Assembly (NCBI GenBank): GCA_015062545.1
Contig: SUUL01000002.1
Span: 114,995-178,994 of the forward strand
Length of the DNA stretch: 64,000 bases
From: Alphaproteobacteria bacterium
GTDB lineage: Bacteria; Pseudomonadota; Alphaproteobacteria; Rs-D84
Reading direction: 5' to 3'
Shown one piece after another: positions 38,023 through 48,024 of this stretch. Under the pieces are notes generated by a model. It searched no databases. It had not been told where the DNA came from and saw nothing but the letters and a program-made list of their open reading frames with translations. The position numbers and the translations under genes are program-made. Every line of letters begins with the position of its first letter. Position 1 is the first letter of the stretch.

Positions 38023-38678
38023 TAAGAAAGTTTATTTTATTCTTGGCCGGATTGATGTTGATGCTGCTGATGTGCGGCATGTTGTACGTGTCTGGGGCAA
38101 TATATGATACCGCCGGCAAGGCGACCGTTGTACCATATTTCTTTCAGCCCGACAATCATTTTGAACGCCGCCCGGGGGTGCCTGCAACGGCAGAAGAATT
38201 AGAATCAGATTCTGATGAAAATTCAGAAATGTATAATCGATTGTTGGAAAGATATATCACGGAAATGTTCTATGTGACCCCTGATGCGACAGAACTGGAA
38301 AAACGTATGACCGGGCAAACCGCACTGTACAGAATGTCATACGGCAGTGGCGCTTTTCCAAAATGGCTGGATTTAATCGCCCCAGAAATAGAAGAAATGA
38401 CACAACAGAAAAAACTGCGGTTGGTCAAAGTGGTCAAAGTAGAACCAGAAGAACAGTATATGAAAATAACATACGAACTGAAAACATGGAATGAATCAAA
38501 TAATCTGGAAATTAATCCTGAAATCAGTTATGGTGTGGTATATCTTAATATAAGATATGAACCAGGCGTGCGTAAGGAAATTGGAAAACGTACCGTTGGA
38601 CAATACTTGGAACAAGGTGGTGATCCGGCCGCAGTATTCAGATTTGCTGTTACGGATATTGCCGTCCCCCAAGAATAA
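38019..38678 (+). CDS. signal-anchored/secreted hypothetical protein
   Basis: N-terminal hydrophobic segment, ~190-aa soluble domain; overlaps previous stop. Confidence 0.45.
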   Translation: MIRKFILFLAGLMLMLLMCGMLYVSGAIYDTAGKATVVPYFFQPDNHFERRPGVPATAEELESDSDENSEMYNRLLERYITEMFYVTPDATELEKRMTGQTALYRMSYGSGAFPKWLDLIAPEIEEMTQQKKLRLVKVVKVEPEEQYMKITYELKTWNESNNLEINPEISYGVVYLNIRYEPGVRKEIGKRTVGQYLEQGGDPAAVFRFAVTDIAVPQE

Positions 38679-38694
38679 CAAGGTTGTTAAATAA

Positions 38695-39471
38695 ATGAAA
38701 CAGGTATTATTTATATTCGCCGGTATTTACGCCATAATGTCACAGATGGCATTGGCAAATGATGCGTTTGATTTTGATAATATCGCAATTACTGATTCTG
38801 GGGATTATGATATAAATCTGGAAGACGTAGAACTGAACAGTGATGCAGATGTCGCAGCTGTATATGACTTTGATATTGCAGGAATTATGTTGGGAATGTC
38901 TTTTGATGATGTTTACACATTGTTCTTTCGTGAAAATGGTTTGTATGCACCACGTAAACACAACAGTATAATTTACACAATTCACCCAGATTGGAAGTAT
39001 AATTTGGACTATGAATGTCGTCAGCAAGGAACTGTGATTCCCGCAGAGCTGGAAAAATGTATCAACAGTTTGGCAAAAAACCGTGGGTTATTATACGCAT
39101 CAGAATTACACATGGTGCGGGAAAACACGGGGGAAACTGTTACTGTATACTTTACCAGTAACGCAACAGACAATCTGGTGTGGCGTGTGGTGTATAACAA
39201 TGATGTAAATGAATTGGAAGGGGCCGCAGAAAAATTCGCCAAGCAACGTGAAAATAAAATCTTGGCATTCTGGCAACATGTGTTGGATAAGTATGGCGCA
39301 CCAAATTCTGGAACAGATAAATGGATTTCCAGTACTAATTCTTTTGACCCAATGTTAATCGCATATTATGGCGCGTTGGATTTGGTGGATAATGGGCGTA
39401 ATGCATCTGATCTGTCACAGAATATACGTCAGGCACGTAAAAACTTTAAGTCTAAACCGTATGCATTCTAG
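38695..39471 (+). CDS. secreted hypothetical protein
   Basis: signal peptide 'MKQVLFIFAGIYAIMSQMALA'. Confidence 0.45.
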   Translation: MKQVLFIFAGIYAIMSQMALANDAFDFDNIAITDSGDYDINLEDVELNSDADVAAVYDFDIAGIMLGMSFDDVYTLFFRENGLYAPRKHNSIIYTIHPDWKYNLDYECRQQGTVIPAELEKCINSLAKNRGLLYASELHMVRENTGETVTVYFTSNATDNLVWRVVYNNDVNELEGAAEKFAKQRENKILAFWQHVLDKYGAPNSGTDKWISSTNSFDPMLIAYYGALDLVDNGRNASDLSQNIRQARKNFKSKPYAF

Positions 39472-39811
39472 TACTTCATATTCAAAGGGATTGTTTGCCG
39501 AATTTTTGGCGCGTATGTACTTGCGCATGCACGGGTGCCGAATTATAAAATCACGATATATCACCGGACGAAATACCAATCGGGCAGAAATTGACATCAT
39601 CGCGCGATATAAAGATACCCTGATTTTCATAGAGGTAAAACGGCGCAATAATTTACAATGTGCATGGGATGCAATAACACCGACACAAGCAGTACGCCTG
39701 CGGCGGGCGGCAGAAACGTATATAATTACGCATAACTGGCGCGGGGATGCACGATTTGATGCCATTATGGTCTGTGGGTGGAAGATTCATTGGATAAAAA
39801 ACGCTATCTAA
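39461..39811 (+). CDS. YraN-family (UPF0102) endonuclease-like protein
   Basis: 'GEIDIIARYKDTLIFIEVKRR' core typical of UPF0102. Confidence 0.6.
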   Translation: MHSSTSYSKGLFAEFLARMYLRMHGCRIIKSRYITGRNTNRAEIDIIARYKDTLIFIEVKRRNNLQCAWDAITPTQAVRLRRAAETYIITHNWRGDARFDAIMVCGWKIHWIKNAI

Positions 39812-39881
39812 ATATATTGCATTTGGGAATTATGTCTTGTATAATCCGATTATGTTTATCAAAACACAAAAAGGAGAACAC

Positions 39882-40031
39882 ATGAAAAAAGTTATCTTGG
39901 CATTGTTTGCTGTATTAACATTATCTGCATGTATGGGTCATTATAAATCTGGTAATTGCGAATATGATTTCTTGTTACACAAAGATATTTCTATTTCCAA
40001 AATCGTTGGTAATGTAACAGGTGGTTGTTAA
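39882..40031 (+). CDS. small lipoprotein
   Basis: 'MKKVILALFAVLTLSACMG' lipobox. Confidence 0.5.
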   Translation: MKKVILALFAVLTLSACMGHYKSGNCEYDFLLHKDISISKIVGNVTGGC

Positions 40032-40038
40032 TTGAAAG

Positions 40039-40062
40039 TCCCCCGTTTGGGGGATTTTTATT
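40039..40062 (+). terminator. rho-independent terminator (TCCCCCgtttGGGGGA + T-run)
   Basis: member of a recurring CCCCC-N4-GGGGG hairpin family. Confidence 0.75.
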
Positions 40063-40139
40063 GATATATCGTGGCTTGACACGGTGGGAATTTATTCATA
40101 AAATCAATGCATATTTATCAATTTGTGGGGTAAAGAAGT

Positions 40140-41249
40140 ATGCCAAAAGTTTCTGTTGTTATTCCATGTTATAATGTTGCGCCATACGTGGCAACATGTT
40201 TGGACAGTTTAATAAATCAAACACTGACAGATATTGAAATTATTTGTGTTGATGATAAGTCAACCGATGATACCGCAAAAATTGTCACCGACTATGTAAA
40301 GCGCGATAAAAGAATAAAACTGATTAAACAACGTAAAAATCAAGGTGTATCTGTTGCACGTAACACCGGTATCAATGCCGCGGGTGGGGAATATATCGGA
40401 TTTGTTGACCCAGATGATTATGTGGATTTAGATTTCTATGAAAAACTGTATAATGCGGCGACAAGTGTTGATGCCTGTATCGCCAAAGGCGGTATGATTT
40501 CTGTTCAAACAAATGGTCAAACAGATAAAAGCGATTTGTCCAAACGTGTTGAAAAAGACAAACGGAATTTTAATTATCAATTTTCTACTGCGATTTATCG
40601 CCGCGAATTCTTGAATATAAATAATCTGCGATTTCTGGATGGGGTATCTATTGGTGAAGATGTAAACTTCCTTATCAAGGCGGTACATTTGGCAAATCGT
40701 GTTGCCGTTGTGCATGATACATATTATTGGTATATCAGACGTGATGATTCTGCGTATTCACCCAAGCTGAATCACAGCAAGATTGTATCAGTGGCACACG
40801 CATCACGTGATTTGTATGAATGGCTAAAAAGGCAAGAACACATATCAAAATCAGACTATTTGATTATATCACGACCTGTGTTTTCTTTAATAAATTATAA
40901 TATAAAAAGAACTGAAATACAGGCAGATCAAGAAATTTTGGCACAACAGATTCTGGATATATATAAAGATATAAAATATAAAAAGCTTATATTAAAAAAT
41001 TGCTTTAATTGGTATGAAAAAAACGCAATAAAAAGTAAACAGCTAGAAGAAGTTATAAACAGTATGTTTTTTACGCAAAAAACATATAAACTGTTTGGAA
41101 TATTGCCCGTATTCAAGACTCTAAATTCATGGGGGCGCGAATTCCGCGTTGTGTTGTTTAAGCGTATTAATTTAATTACGTGTAAGAAATCTAAACACAA
41201 GGATGTTATATTATTTTGTGGATTGACACTGTTCAAAATAAGTCATTAA
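40140..41249 (+). CDS. family 2 glycosyltransferase
   Basis: 'VSVVIPCYNVAPYV...IICVDDKSTDDT' GT2 N-terminal signature, 'VDPDD' motif. Confidence 0.8.
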   Translation: MPKVSVVIPCYNVAPYVATCLDSLINQTLTDIEIICVDDKSTDDTAKIVTDYVKRDKRIKLIKQRKNQGVSVARNTGINAAGGEYIGFVDPDDYVDLDFYEKLYNAATSVDACIAKGGMISVQTNGQTDKSDLSKRVEKDKRNFNYQFSTAIYRREFLNINNLRFLDGVSIGEDVNFLIKAVHLANRVAVVHDTYYWYIRRDDSAYSPKLNHSKIVSVAHASRDLYEWLKRQEHISKSDYLIISRPVFSLINYNIKRTEIQADQEILAQQILDIYKDIKYKKLILKNCFNWYEKNAIKSKQLEEVINSMFFTQKTYKLFGILPVFKTLNSWGREFRVVLFKRINLITCKKSKHKDVILFCGLTLFKISH

Positions 41250-41254
41250 AAAAT

Positions 41255-42085
41255 ATGAAAAAAAATGTTTTTAATTTGTACTTCTATAAAGATGAACCAA
41301 ATTTTGGTGATGCATTGAATCTTTGCTTGTTGCAAACATTATTTGATGTTGATATTAAGTATGAAGATATAAAAAAATGTGATTGCGTATGTATCGGTTC
41401 GTTGTTGCAACTGCTTGTTGTGCCACCATTATCGTTTCGTAATAAAATAAAACGCTTTTTTGCACATCGCATAGCTATATGGGGAACGGGCTTTATTAAC
41501 CAAGCACCAGAATTTCCACACACCTTGTCACGCAAAACCAGAATTTATGCCCTGCGTGGGAAAATATCGCTGGCACGTATGCAAAAGTACACAAAAAGAA
41601 GATTGCGAAATGTTGTCTTGGGCGATCCCGGATTGCTGGCCAATCGTCTGATTGATACAAAGAAAATTGAAAAAAAATATAAATTGGGAATAATTCCGCA
41701 CTATGTTGATAAAAATAACCCATTGTTAGACAATATCAATGTGGAACAATCGGTCATTATTGATGTACAAAAACCTGTAATGGAAGTACTGGTGCAAATT
41801 GCACAATGCGAAAATATTATATCCAGCGCAATGCATGGACTTATCGTTGCAGATTCACTGGGGATTCCAAATGCTCGTATGATTTTATCTGATAAAATTG
41901 TTGGTGGAAATTACAAATTCCAAGACTATTATTCTGCTTTTGATATGGAAATGCCACCACCGCTTATTATGACACCAGACACACATGTAACAAATGTTGA
42001 TTTTATCAAACAAGAATATAGGGTTTCTTCAGAAAAAATCGAGCAAATTTGTCAGAAACTACTGAAAGTATTCCCGTACAAATAA
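41255..42085 (+). CDS. polysaccharide pyruvyl transferase family protein
   Basis: N-terminal 'NFGDALN' motif characteristic of PS_pyruv_trans. Confidence 0.5.
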   Translation: MKKNVFNLYFYKDEPNFGDALNLCLLQTLFDVDIKYEDIKKCDCVCIGSLLQLLVVPPLSFRNKIKRFFAHRIAIWGTGFINQAPEFPHTLSRKTRIYALRGKISLARMQKYTKRRLRNVVLGDPGLLANRLIDTKKIEKKYKLGIIPHYVDKNNPLLDNINVEQSVIIDVQKPVMEVLVQIAQCENIISSAMHGLIVADSLGIPNARMILSDKIVGGNYKFQDYYSAFDMEMPPPLIMTPDTHVTNVDFIKQEYRVSSEKIEQICQKLLKVFPYK

Positions 42086-42089
42086 AAAC

Positions 42090-42120
42090 CTGGGGGGGGA
42101 TGTACCCCCCAGTATTATTT
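42090..42120. terminator. bidirectional terminator hairpin (GGGGGGGG-atgta-CCCCCC)
   Basis: GC hairpin flanked by A/T runs on both sides; separates host operon from phage-like cluster. Confidence 0.65.
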
Positions 42121-42375
42121 TATAACTGCACCTTTGATAAGGTTCAGGTCTTCTTTGATGTCGTCTATTTTTATCTGAATTTGACCGATGCCGGTTTCTA
42201 GTATCGTTGTGCGATTTTCCAATGCCGTTATGCGTGAATCCACACGTTCTAGTTCGGTTATGGAAAAATCCTGACGGGCAGCCCAATATATTACGCCCCC
42301 AATAAACGCAATTAAAAACCAACTGTCGCGTAACAAATCCAGCAATCCAAATGCCGTGGCAGCCCGTGTCGTCAT
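42115..42375 (-). CDS. phage-cluster hypothetical protein with TM segment
   Basis: 86 aa, one hydrophobic helix, coiled-coil C-terminus. Confidence 0.4.
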   Translation of the reverse strand: MTTRAATAFGLLDLLRDSWFLIAFIGGVIYWAARQDFSITELERVDSRITALENRTTILETGIGQIQIKIDDIKEDLNLIKGAVIK

Positions 42376-42376
42376 C

Positions 42377-42577
42377 TTATTTATCCCCCCTGCCCCGCGT
42401 TATGTGCGTTTCAATCTGTTGTACCAATGCACGCTGGGATTCATGCCAACGCAACTGAAAATCTGTCGCGTTGCATCCCAATGTGCGATTCAATATCGTG
42501 TCACGCAAATGCTGTAATACCGCCATACCCGCAGGTGTGGAAAAACAGCGCGCATACTGTAAATCAATATCTGTCAT
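42377..42577 (-). CDS. phage-cluster hypothetical protein
   Basis: 66-aa ORF tightly packed after portal gene. Confidence 0.35.
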   Translation of the reverse strand: MTDIDLQYARCFSTPAGMAVLQHLRDTILNRTLGCNATDFQLRWHESQRALVQQIETHITRGRGDK

Positions 42578-42580
42578 CTG

Positions 42581-43810
42581 TTATTCCCCCAAGGCCGTTT
42601 CAATCGCCGTCATTTGGGCAATAGGTGCAATATATTTCAATTCTGCATCACCATGTAATGTTATTGGCGCAATAACACCACGACTGGATAATATCTGTAA
42701 TCCACGGTCACATAACGGCCTGATAAATTCATGCAACAAGCGACCATACGTCGCACCCAATATACGCATCATGTCTGCGTTGCGTGCCATAATTTCTGTG
42801 GCTGTCATTTCTTTTTCAGACAATAACCCCAGTCTGTCCGCCAATAATGCATGGCGAATACGTTCACGCAAATCTTTCAACACCAGTTGCGATACATCAA
42901 AGTCCGCACCACTGGCCAATGGCGTTAAGCCTGACGAACCAACCGCCTTGGGGATAATTGCGCCGGGGGTTAAATTGATGTTATTCAGGTTTATTACACC
43001 GTCATCGTCCGCCTGCCAGATGCCGGATACGGCAATTGTTGCATTCTTTAATACCAATTCTACAACCTTGTTGGCGGTTTTTATATCCGGTAATGCACGC
43101 AAGACAGGACCGCGACCATATAATTCACCCGATGATACAGACCAACGAAAGATAATATATGGATTCGTTTCAAATGTACCTGTGGACACAATATTATTTT
43201 CAATATCACCACCAACATCCAACCAGGCTGTAAATTCTGTACCAACCAATGACTGGACCAGTTTTAATGGTGTTTCTGGATTCTGTTTAATGGTGTCGCG
43301 CAGGTTGTTGGGCGGTGTCCATGTTGGATAACGTTCCATGACTTCACATGCCGGCATTGATGTAGTGTGAAATACTGCGTTGGGTAAAATGGCAATGTCT
43401 GACATCGGAATCGCTGTAAATGTAAACGCAGATGACGCGCCAATCGGCGATTGTGCCATAAATAAGCAAGCCGTCCCCAAAACGACCAAGTCCATATAAC
43501 ATTGATGTATAACTGTGTAAAAATTAGAATCGTTCAGATTTGCACGTAATGCGTTTGTGGCATATTCTGCATCTGGTGACATGATGCTTTCTGGGACAAG
43601 TGTTAACCACATAGATTCTGGCGGGGTTAACAATGTATAAATTGATGCCGCCAAATTATCTGCCGCATCCATCGCAGTTGCATCAAACAATGTTGCCGCA
43701 TCATCATCGGCAGTTGGCATGGTATATCTGCGCGCGCTGTCCCAGCGGTTTTGCCATGGGGCGCGCATATCCAAGGCGCGTTTATATAAACTTTGCAGGT
43801 TTTGTTGCAT
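42581..43810 (-). CDS. T7-like portal (head-tail connector, gp8-like) protein
   Basis: N-terminal 'YKRALDMRAPWQNRWDSARRYTMPT...DNLAASIYTLLTPPESMWLTL' parallels T7 gp8 'YERLKNDRAPYETRAQNCAQYTIPS...NNLASKLMLALFPMQTWMRLTI' (from memory). Confidence 0.6.
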   Translation of the reverse strand: MQQNLQSLYKRALDMRAPWQNRWDSARRYTMPTADDDAATLFDATAMDAADNLAASIYTLLTPPESMWLTLVPESIMSPDAEYATNALRANLNDSNFYTVIHQCYMDLVVLGTACLFMAQSPIGASSAFTFTAIPMSDIAILPNAVFHTTSMPACEVMERYPTWTPPNNLRDTIKQNPETPLKLVQSLVGTEFTAWLDVGGDIENNIVSTGTFETNPYIIFRWSVSSGELYGRGPVLRALPDIKTANKVVELVLKNATIAVSGIWQADDDGVINLNNINLTPGAIIPKAVGSSGLTPLASGADFDVSQLVLKDLRERIRHALLADRLGLLSEKEMTATEIMARNADMMRILGATYGRLLHEFIRPLCDRGLQILSSRGVIAPITLHGDAELKYIAPIAQMTAIETALGE

Positions 43811-43839
43811 AAGGTTTCTCCTTTGGTTTTGTGTTATGT

Positions 43840-44706
43840 TTATATGTTGAAATTCGTGTTGGCTGAAAATGTCTTTATCGTGCCACCCAATGGGCGAATA
43901 AGTGTTGCAGGATGTGCAATCGCACCGGCAACGGCATCCAGGCCGTCATCATGCATGCCATGCGCCATGGGAGACCACCCCAACATTTCTGCCATCAAAG
44001 GGGTCTTTTGCACGCGAATATGTGCATGCAAATGTCCCGTTGTTAAAACTGGTTCAATCGCGTCTAAAATTCTGTCTGATTTGGCCCGAACGTTTGATAC
44101 GCGGGTTACGTAAATGCATAAGCCACGCCGCGTGGCACAATCGCGCATTATTTCCGGCAAGCCACCACCAATCCCGTTCGTTTCAATAGTTATCCGATGC
44201 AAACCACGCGCATGCATAAAATCCAGAACTTGATTGCACTGATTGGACAATGGATATTGTTCCGTATCAGACACCGTCAAATACAAAATGTCATGAATAA
44301 ATACATTGCGCGCCTTGTCATCACGATACAGTAACACACACGCACTGCCGTCACGATTGCGGCGACCACTGGATGGATCCCAATATAAAATGCTGCCGGT
44401 TATTAAATTATTACCCAGTTTTGCCGTGCGTGGTTCAAATTCGTCATCATAGAAATGCAGACTGCCGGGATCAAGGCGCGCACGTTCGGGCGAAATAAAT
44501 TCCAACATCATTTGTGCCGAAAAATGTCGCGCACCAACCGTTTCACGCATACTGTTTATCTTTTCAATCGGAAAAAGTTCCGGCCACGCGGGATTTCCCG
44601 CCGTATCAACAATGGGAATTTTTAATAATTTATACCCACTTAAAAAAGGCGTTGAAAAAGCAAAATTTTCATATACCATGGGCATAGAAGAAAAGGATTT
44701 TGACAT
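43840..44706 (-). CDS. terminase large subunit, C-terminal nuclease domain (separate ORF)
   Basis: 'DPSSGRRNRDGSACVLLY' first catalytic Asp motif and terminal 'MHDDGLDAVAGAI' motif; the open frame has no upstream ATG beyond an internal ATG at 44706 preceded by a GGGGG RBS. Confidence 0.6.
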   Translation of the reverse strand: MSKSFSSMPMVYENFAFSTPFLSGYKLLKIPIVDTAGNPAWPELFPIEKINSMRETVGARHFSAQMMLEFISPERARLDPGSLHFYDDEFEPRTAKLGNNLITGSILYWDPSSGRRNRDGSACVLLYRDDKARNVFIHDILYLTVSDTEQYPLSNQCNQVLDFMHARGLHRITIETNGIGGGLPEIMRDCATRRGLCIYVTRVSNVRAKSDRILDAIEPVLTTGHLHAHIRVQKTPLMAEMLGWSPMAHGMHDDGLDAVAGAIAHPATLIRPLGGTIKTFSANTNFNI

Positions 44707-46270
44707 GGATTTTACCCCCAAAACATTACCCACCAATCTGGAAGCAGAACAGGCCGTATTGGCCGCGGTTTTAATGAATAATCGCGCATTGGAACGTGTG
44801 TCAGAATTCTTGCGGGCAGAACACTTTTCACACCCCGCACATCAAGAAATATTCCGTCTGGCAGAACGTCAATTCGCCGCAGGCATACCGTTTGATATTA
44901 TTACCGCAAAAAACTATCTGGATCAGCAAGGCGTGTTGGAATCTGTTGGCGGGGTTGATTATCTGACACAATTATCTGGCGCAGGTGCAACCGTTGTTAA
45001 TGTAGAGCAATATGGACGTATCGTTTATGAACACGCATTACGCCGTGATTTGATTGCGTTGGGCCAAGATATTACAGACAAGGCCTTTATTGAAGATTTG
45101 GATAATCCTGTGGCGCGTCAGATTGAATTGGCCGAACAGAAACTGTTTGATATGGCAACCGCAGGTGCATCTGAACGCGAAGTAACATCCATTTCAACCG
45201 CATTGGAATCTGCATTGAAAGAAGCAGAAATCGCATACAAGGCCGATGGGCAGTTATCCGGTCTGACAACTGGATTGACCGCACTGGATAAATCAATCAG
45301 TGGCTTGCACCATTCTGACTTGATTATTATCGCGGGCCGTCCGGCGATGGGTAAGACAACATTGGCGATGAATATCGCGTTTAATGCCGCCAATGCCATT
45401 GCATACAATCGTGCAAATCAAAATTATAAAGGCGCGGTTGTGTTCTTTAGTCTTGAAATGTCGGCATCACAGTTGGCGGCGCGTGTGCTGTCTTCACAAT
45501 CCAAAATTCCTGCATCTGCAATGCGTGAAGGAACACTGACCGATGAAGATTTCTTGAAAATGTCACAATATTCTGCAGCCATTGGTAAAGTTCCGTTATT
45601 CATTGATGACACGCCAGGTATGTCCGTACCAATGATGCGTACACGCGCCAGAAGACTGGCACGCAAACATGGCGGTATTGCATTAATCGTCATTGACTAT
45701 CTGCAGTTGATGACCGCCCCAGGTGGCAAACGCAGCGATAACCGGGTACAGGAAATTTCTGAAATTACCCGTGGTCTGAAAATGCTGGCCAAGGAACTGG
45801 ACGTGCCTGTAATCGCACTGTCACAGTTGTCGCGAAGCGTGGAATCACGTGATGACAAACGACCACAGTTGGCTGACTTGCGCGAATCAGGGTCTATTGA
45901 ACAAGACGCGGACATCGTTATGTTTACGTATCGCGAAGAATATTATCTGCAAAATCGCGACCCGTCCGAAAGATTATCAAACACAACAAACAGCACAATG
46001 GTCGAATCGTGGCAAAAAAGACTGGAACGCGCACGCGGCAAAGCAGATATTATTATCGGTAAAAACCGTCACGGCCGTCCAGAAACTGTACGAACTGCAT
46101 TCTTTGGGGATTACAGCTTGTTCGATAACCTGGACGAATTCCAAACACGGGGCGAAAATGAATTTGCACAACCTGCACCAACAATTTCCGCAGCCGCATT
46201 GGGGCCAGACCCCGAATTTGAACCAACCGCCATCGATATTGATGCAATCCCAGATGATATGCCAATGTAA
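44678..46270 (+). CDS. dnaB: replicative DNA helicase DnaB
   Basis: 'LEAEQAVLAAVL' N-domain, Walker A 'AGRPAMGKTT', 'IVIDYLQLM', 'VIALSQLSR'; start is either 44678 or 44705. Confidence 0.85.
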   Translation: MGIEEKDFDMDFTPKTLPTNLEAEQAVLAAVLMNNRALERVSEFLRAEHFSHPAHQEIFRLAERQFAAGIPFDIITAKNYLDQQGVLESVGGVDYLTQLSGAGATVVNVEQYGRIVYEHALRRDLIALGQDITDKAFIEDLDNPVARQIELAEQKLFDMATAGASEREVTSISTALESALKEAEIAYKADGQLSGLTTGLTALDKSISGLHHSDLIIIAGRPAMGKTTLAMNIAFNAANAIAYNRANQNYKGAVVFFSLEMSASQLAARVLSSQSKIPASAMREGTLTDEDFLKMSQYSAAIGKVPLFIDDTPGMSVPMMRTRARRLARKHGGIALIVIDYLQLMTAPGGKRSDNRVQEISEITRGLKMLAKELDVPVIALSQLSRSVESRDDKRPQLADLRESGSIEQDADIVMFTYREEYYLQNRDPSERLSNTTNSTMVESWQKRLERARGKADIIIGKNRHGRPETVRTAFFGDYSLFDNLDEFQTRGENEFAQPAPTISAAALGPDPEFEPTAIDIDAIPDDMPM

Positions 46271-46347
46271 TTGATAATTATTTTCTTGCGCCGTGCCGAT
46301 AAATTGACTATTATTTTGTCAAGAAATAACTGTTTTAGGAGTTAGAC

Positions 46348-47355
46348 ATGGCACAAGAAGAAATTATCTTTCCAAATAATATTCGTAACATCCGTTTGGC
46401 AAATGGTATGAAAATGACAGAACTGGCGCGTCAGGCCGGGTTGTCTTTGTCCGCTGTTTCCAAAATCGAAAAAGGTGTGCGCCGATTAAACCAAAAACAG
46501 TTGTTGAATATTTGCAATATCTTGGGATGTAAATTGTCCGATATTTTCATCAAAGAATCCGATGATGTCGCAAACCAATGGCAAGATGAAATTAAACGCC
46601 GTATGACAGACAATGAAAATAATGGTCTGAAAATATTCGGCAGTGGTCTGCGCAAAATCCGCCAACAGGCCGGCAAAACAATCGCCCGTGCCGCAAAAGA
46701 TGCAGGTATGACATTGTCTGTATATCACAAGATAGAAGTCGGACAACGTGAAATATATACCAATGAAATTGAACCGTTGGCAAAATCTTTTGCATTAGGC
46801 GCAGAAGAACTGTTTGAAAAAATCGCGAATCTGTACAAGTCTGGCGAACTGAACAAACACATGAACAAGGTCAAAGAACGTGTAAAATCTGTATTGGAAC
46901 CCGGCAGTCCATTGTCTGGTATCGATATGGGTGGTGGACTGTATGGCGCAAAATTGTATGACAGTGCACGTAAAAAACTGATTCCTGTGTTTGGAACACC
47001 ATCTGGCAAAGCATTAACCTTGAAGAAATCAGATAAAACCATGATTGTCGCACCAATATCACTGGAGGGACGTAATGGTATTTACGCAGTGGTACCAAAT
47101 GCCAAACGTTTGGGTGGAATCATACCTGAAAAATCTTATGTGTTTGCAGATGCGTTGGTAACACCAAAAGTTGGTGATATGGCAATCTGTATGGATGTTG
47201 ATTTTGATACACTGGATGCAGATACCAACGTGGTCGCGCATATCGTAACAGTAAAACAAGATGCCAAGGGTAAGATTTACGGTCAAGCCATGTTCCCAGA
47301 AGAAAAAATTAATGCCAAAACAATGCACAAAATTATTATGATTGTTATGGAATAA
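46348..47355 (+). CDS. CI/LexA-like repressor: two HTH_XRE domains + S24 peptidase-like C-terminus
   Basis: two 'LS.SAVSKIEKG / ...TLSVYHKIEVG' XRE HTH units; C-terminal beta-rich domain with Ser/Lys spacing like the S24 family. Confidence 0.55.
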   Translation: MAQEEIIFPNNIRNIRLANGMKMTELARQAGLSLSAVSKIEKGVRRLNQKQLLNICNILGCKLSDIFIKESDDVANQWQDEIKRRMTDNENNGLKIFGSGLRKIRQQAGKTIARAAKDAGMTLSVYHKIEVGQREIYTNEIEPLAKSFALGAEELFEKIANLYKSGELNKHMNKVKERVKSVLEPGSPLSGIDMGGGLYGAKLYDSARKKLIPVFGTPSGKALTLKKSDKTMIVAPISLEGRNGIYAVVPNAKRLGGIIPEKSYVFADALVTPKVGDMAICMDVDFDTLDADTNVVAHIVTVKQDAKGKIYGQAMFPEEKINAKTMHKIIMIVME

Positions 47356-47385
47356 TTACCCCCCTTTGGAAAGGAGAGAGCAAAC

Positions 47386-48024
47386 ATGAAAGCAACCGCA
47401 CGCGTAACTGCACAAAGACTGTTAAATCTGTATCGGCAAGAACATGTAATTATTGGCGGATGGGCCGCCGTAAACCCAATATTTGTCCAAGATGCAACTG
47501 ATATGGTTATGCAAGAGTTGGCCGATATGCCAACAGGAAATGCATTAATCGCACATATCAATAATCTGCGCAGCGGTAAAACCCCAATGAATTCTATTGA
47601 ACGCGAATTATTACCATACGGTGGCATGATGGCAGAAGCGTTGCCATCAATCACACTGAACCAAAACCAATGGCAAGAATTGACCCAGGCAATAGAACAA
47701 TTTACCCCAAATCAGCCAGGTTTGGACAAGTTTACTGCGTTGGATGTGGTACGTCAATTCGGTGCAGAATGGCCAACCGCAATTCGTGCAATCCTGACAG
47801 AACGCCCGCATTTGTTAGAAAAGTGGGCAACCATTAACCAAACATATAACGCATATAAATTATGGAATACCGCACATGAAATTATCGCAAATCCACTGTC
47901 GGAACGTGTGCGCGCCCAAGTACAGGCAGACATGCCAGAATATGAAACTTATTTGCCGATGTTTGGTGATGCAGGTTCGGAATTATTGGTAAAACTGCGC
48001 ACTTTTATCAGCAGTCTGAATTAG
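47386..48024 (+). CDS. hypothetical protein
   Basis: 212-aa ORF; its stop overlaps the convergent terminase ATPase ORF stop. Confidence 0.4.
   Translation: MKATARVTAQRLLNLYRQEHVIIGGWAAVNPIFVQDATDMVMQELADMPTGNALIAHINNLRSGKTPMNSIERELLPYGGMMAEALPSITLNQNQWQELTQAIEQFTPNQPGLDKFTALDVVRQFGAEWPTAIRAILTERPHLLEKWATINQTYNAYKLWNTAHEIIANPLSERVRAQVQADMPEYETYLPMFGDAGSELLVKLRTFISSLN

Noticed and set aside
44737-44830. Apparent N-terminal extension of the terminase nuclease ORF upstream of the TTG/ATG
   Set aside because: The open frame there is antisense to the dnaB N-terminal coding region, has no ATG and begins at a TGA. It is not terminase sequence.
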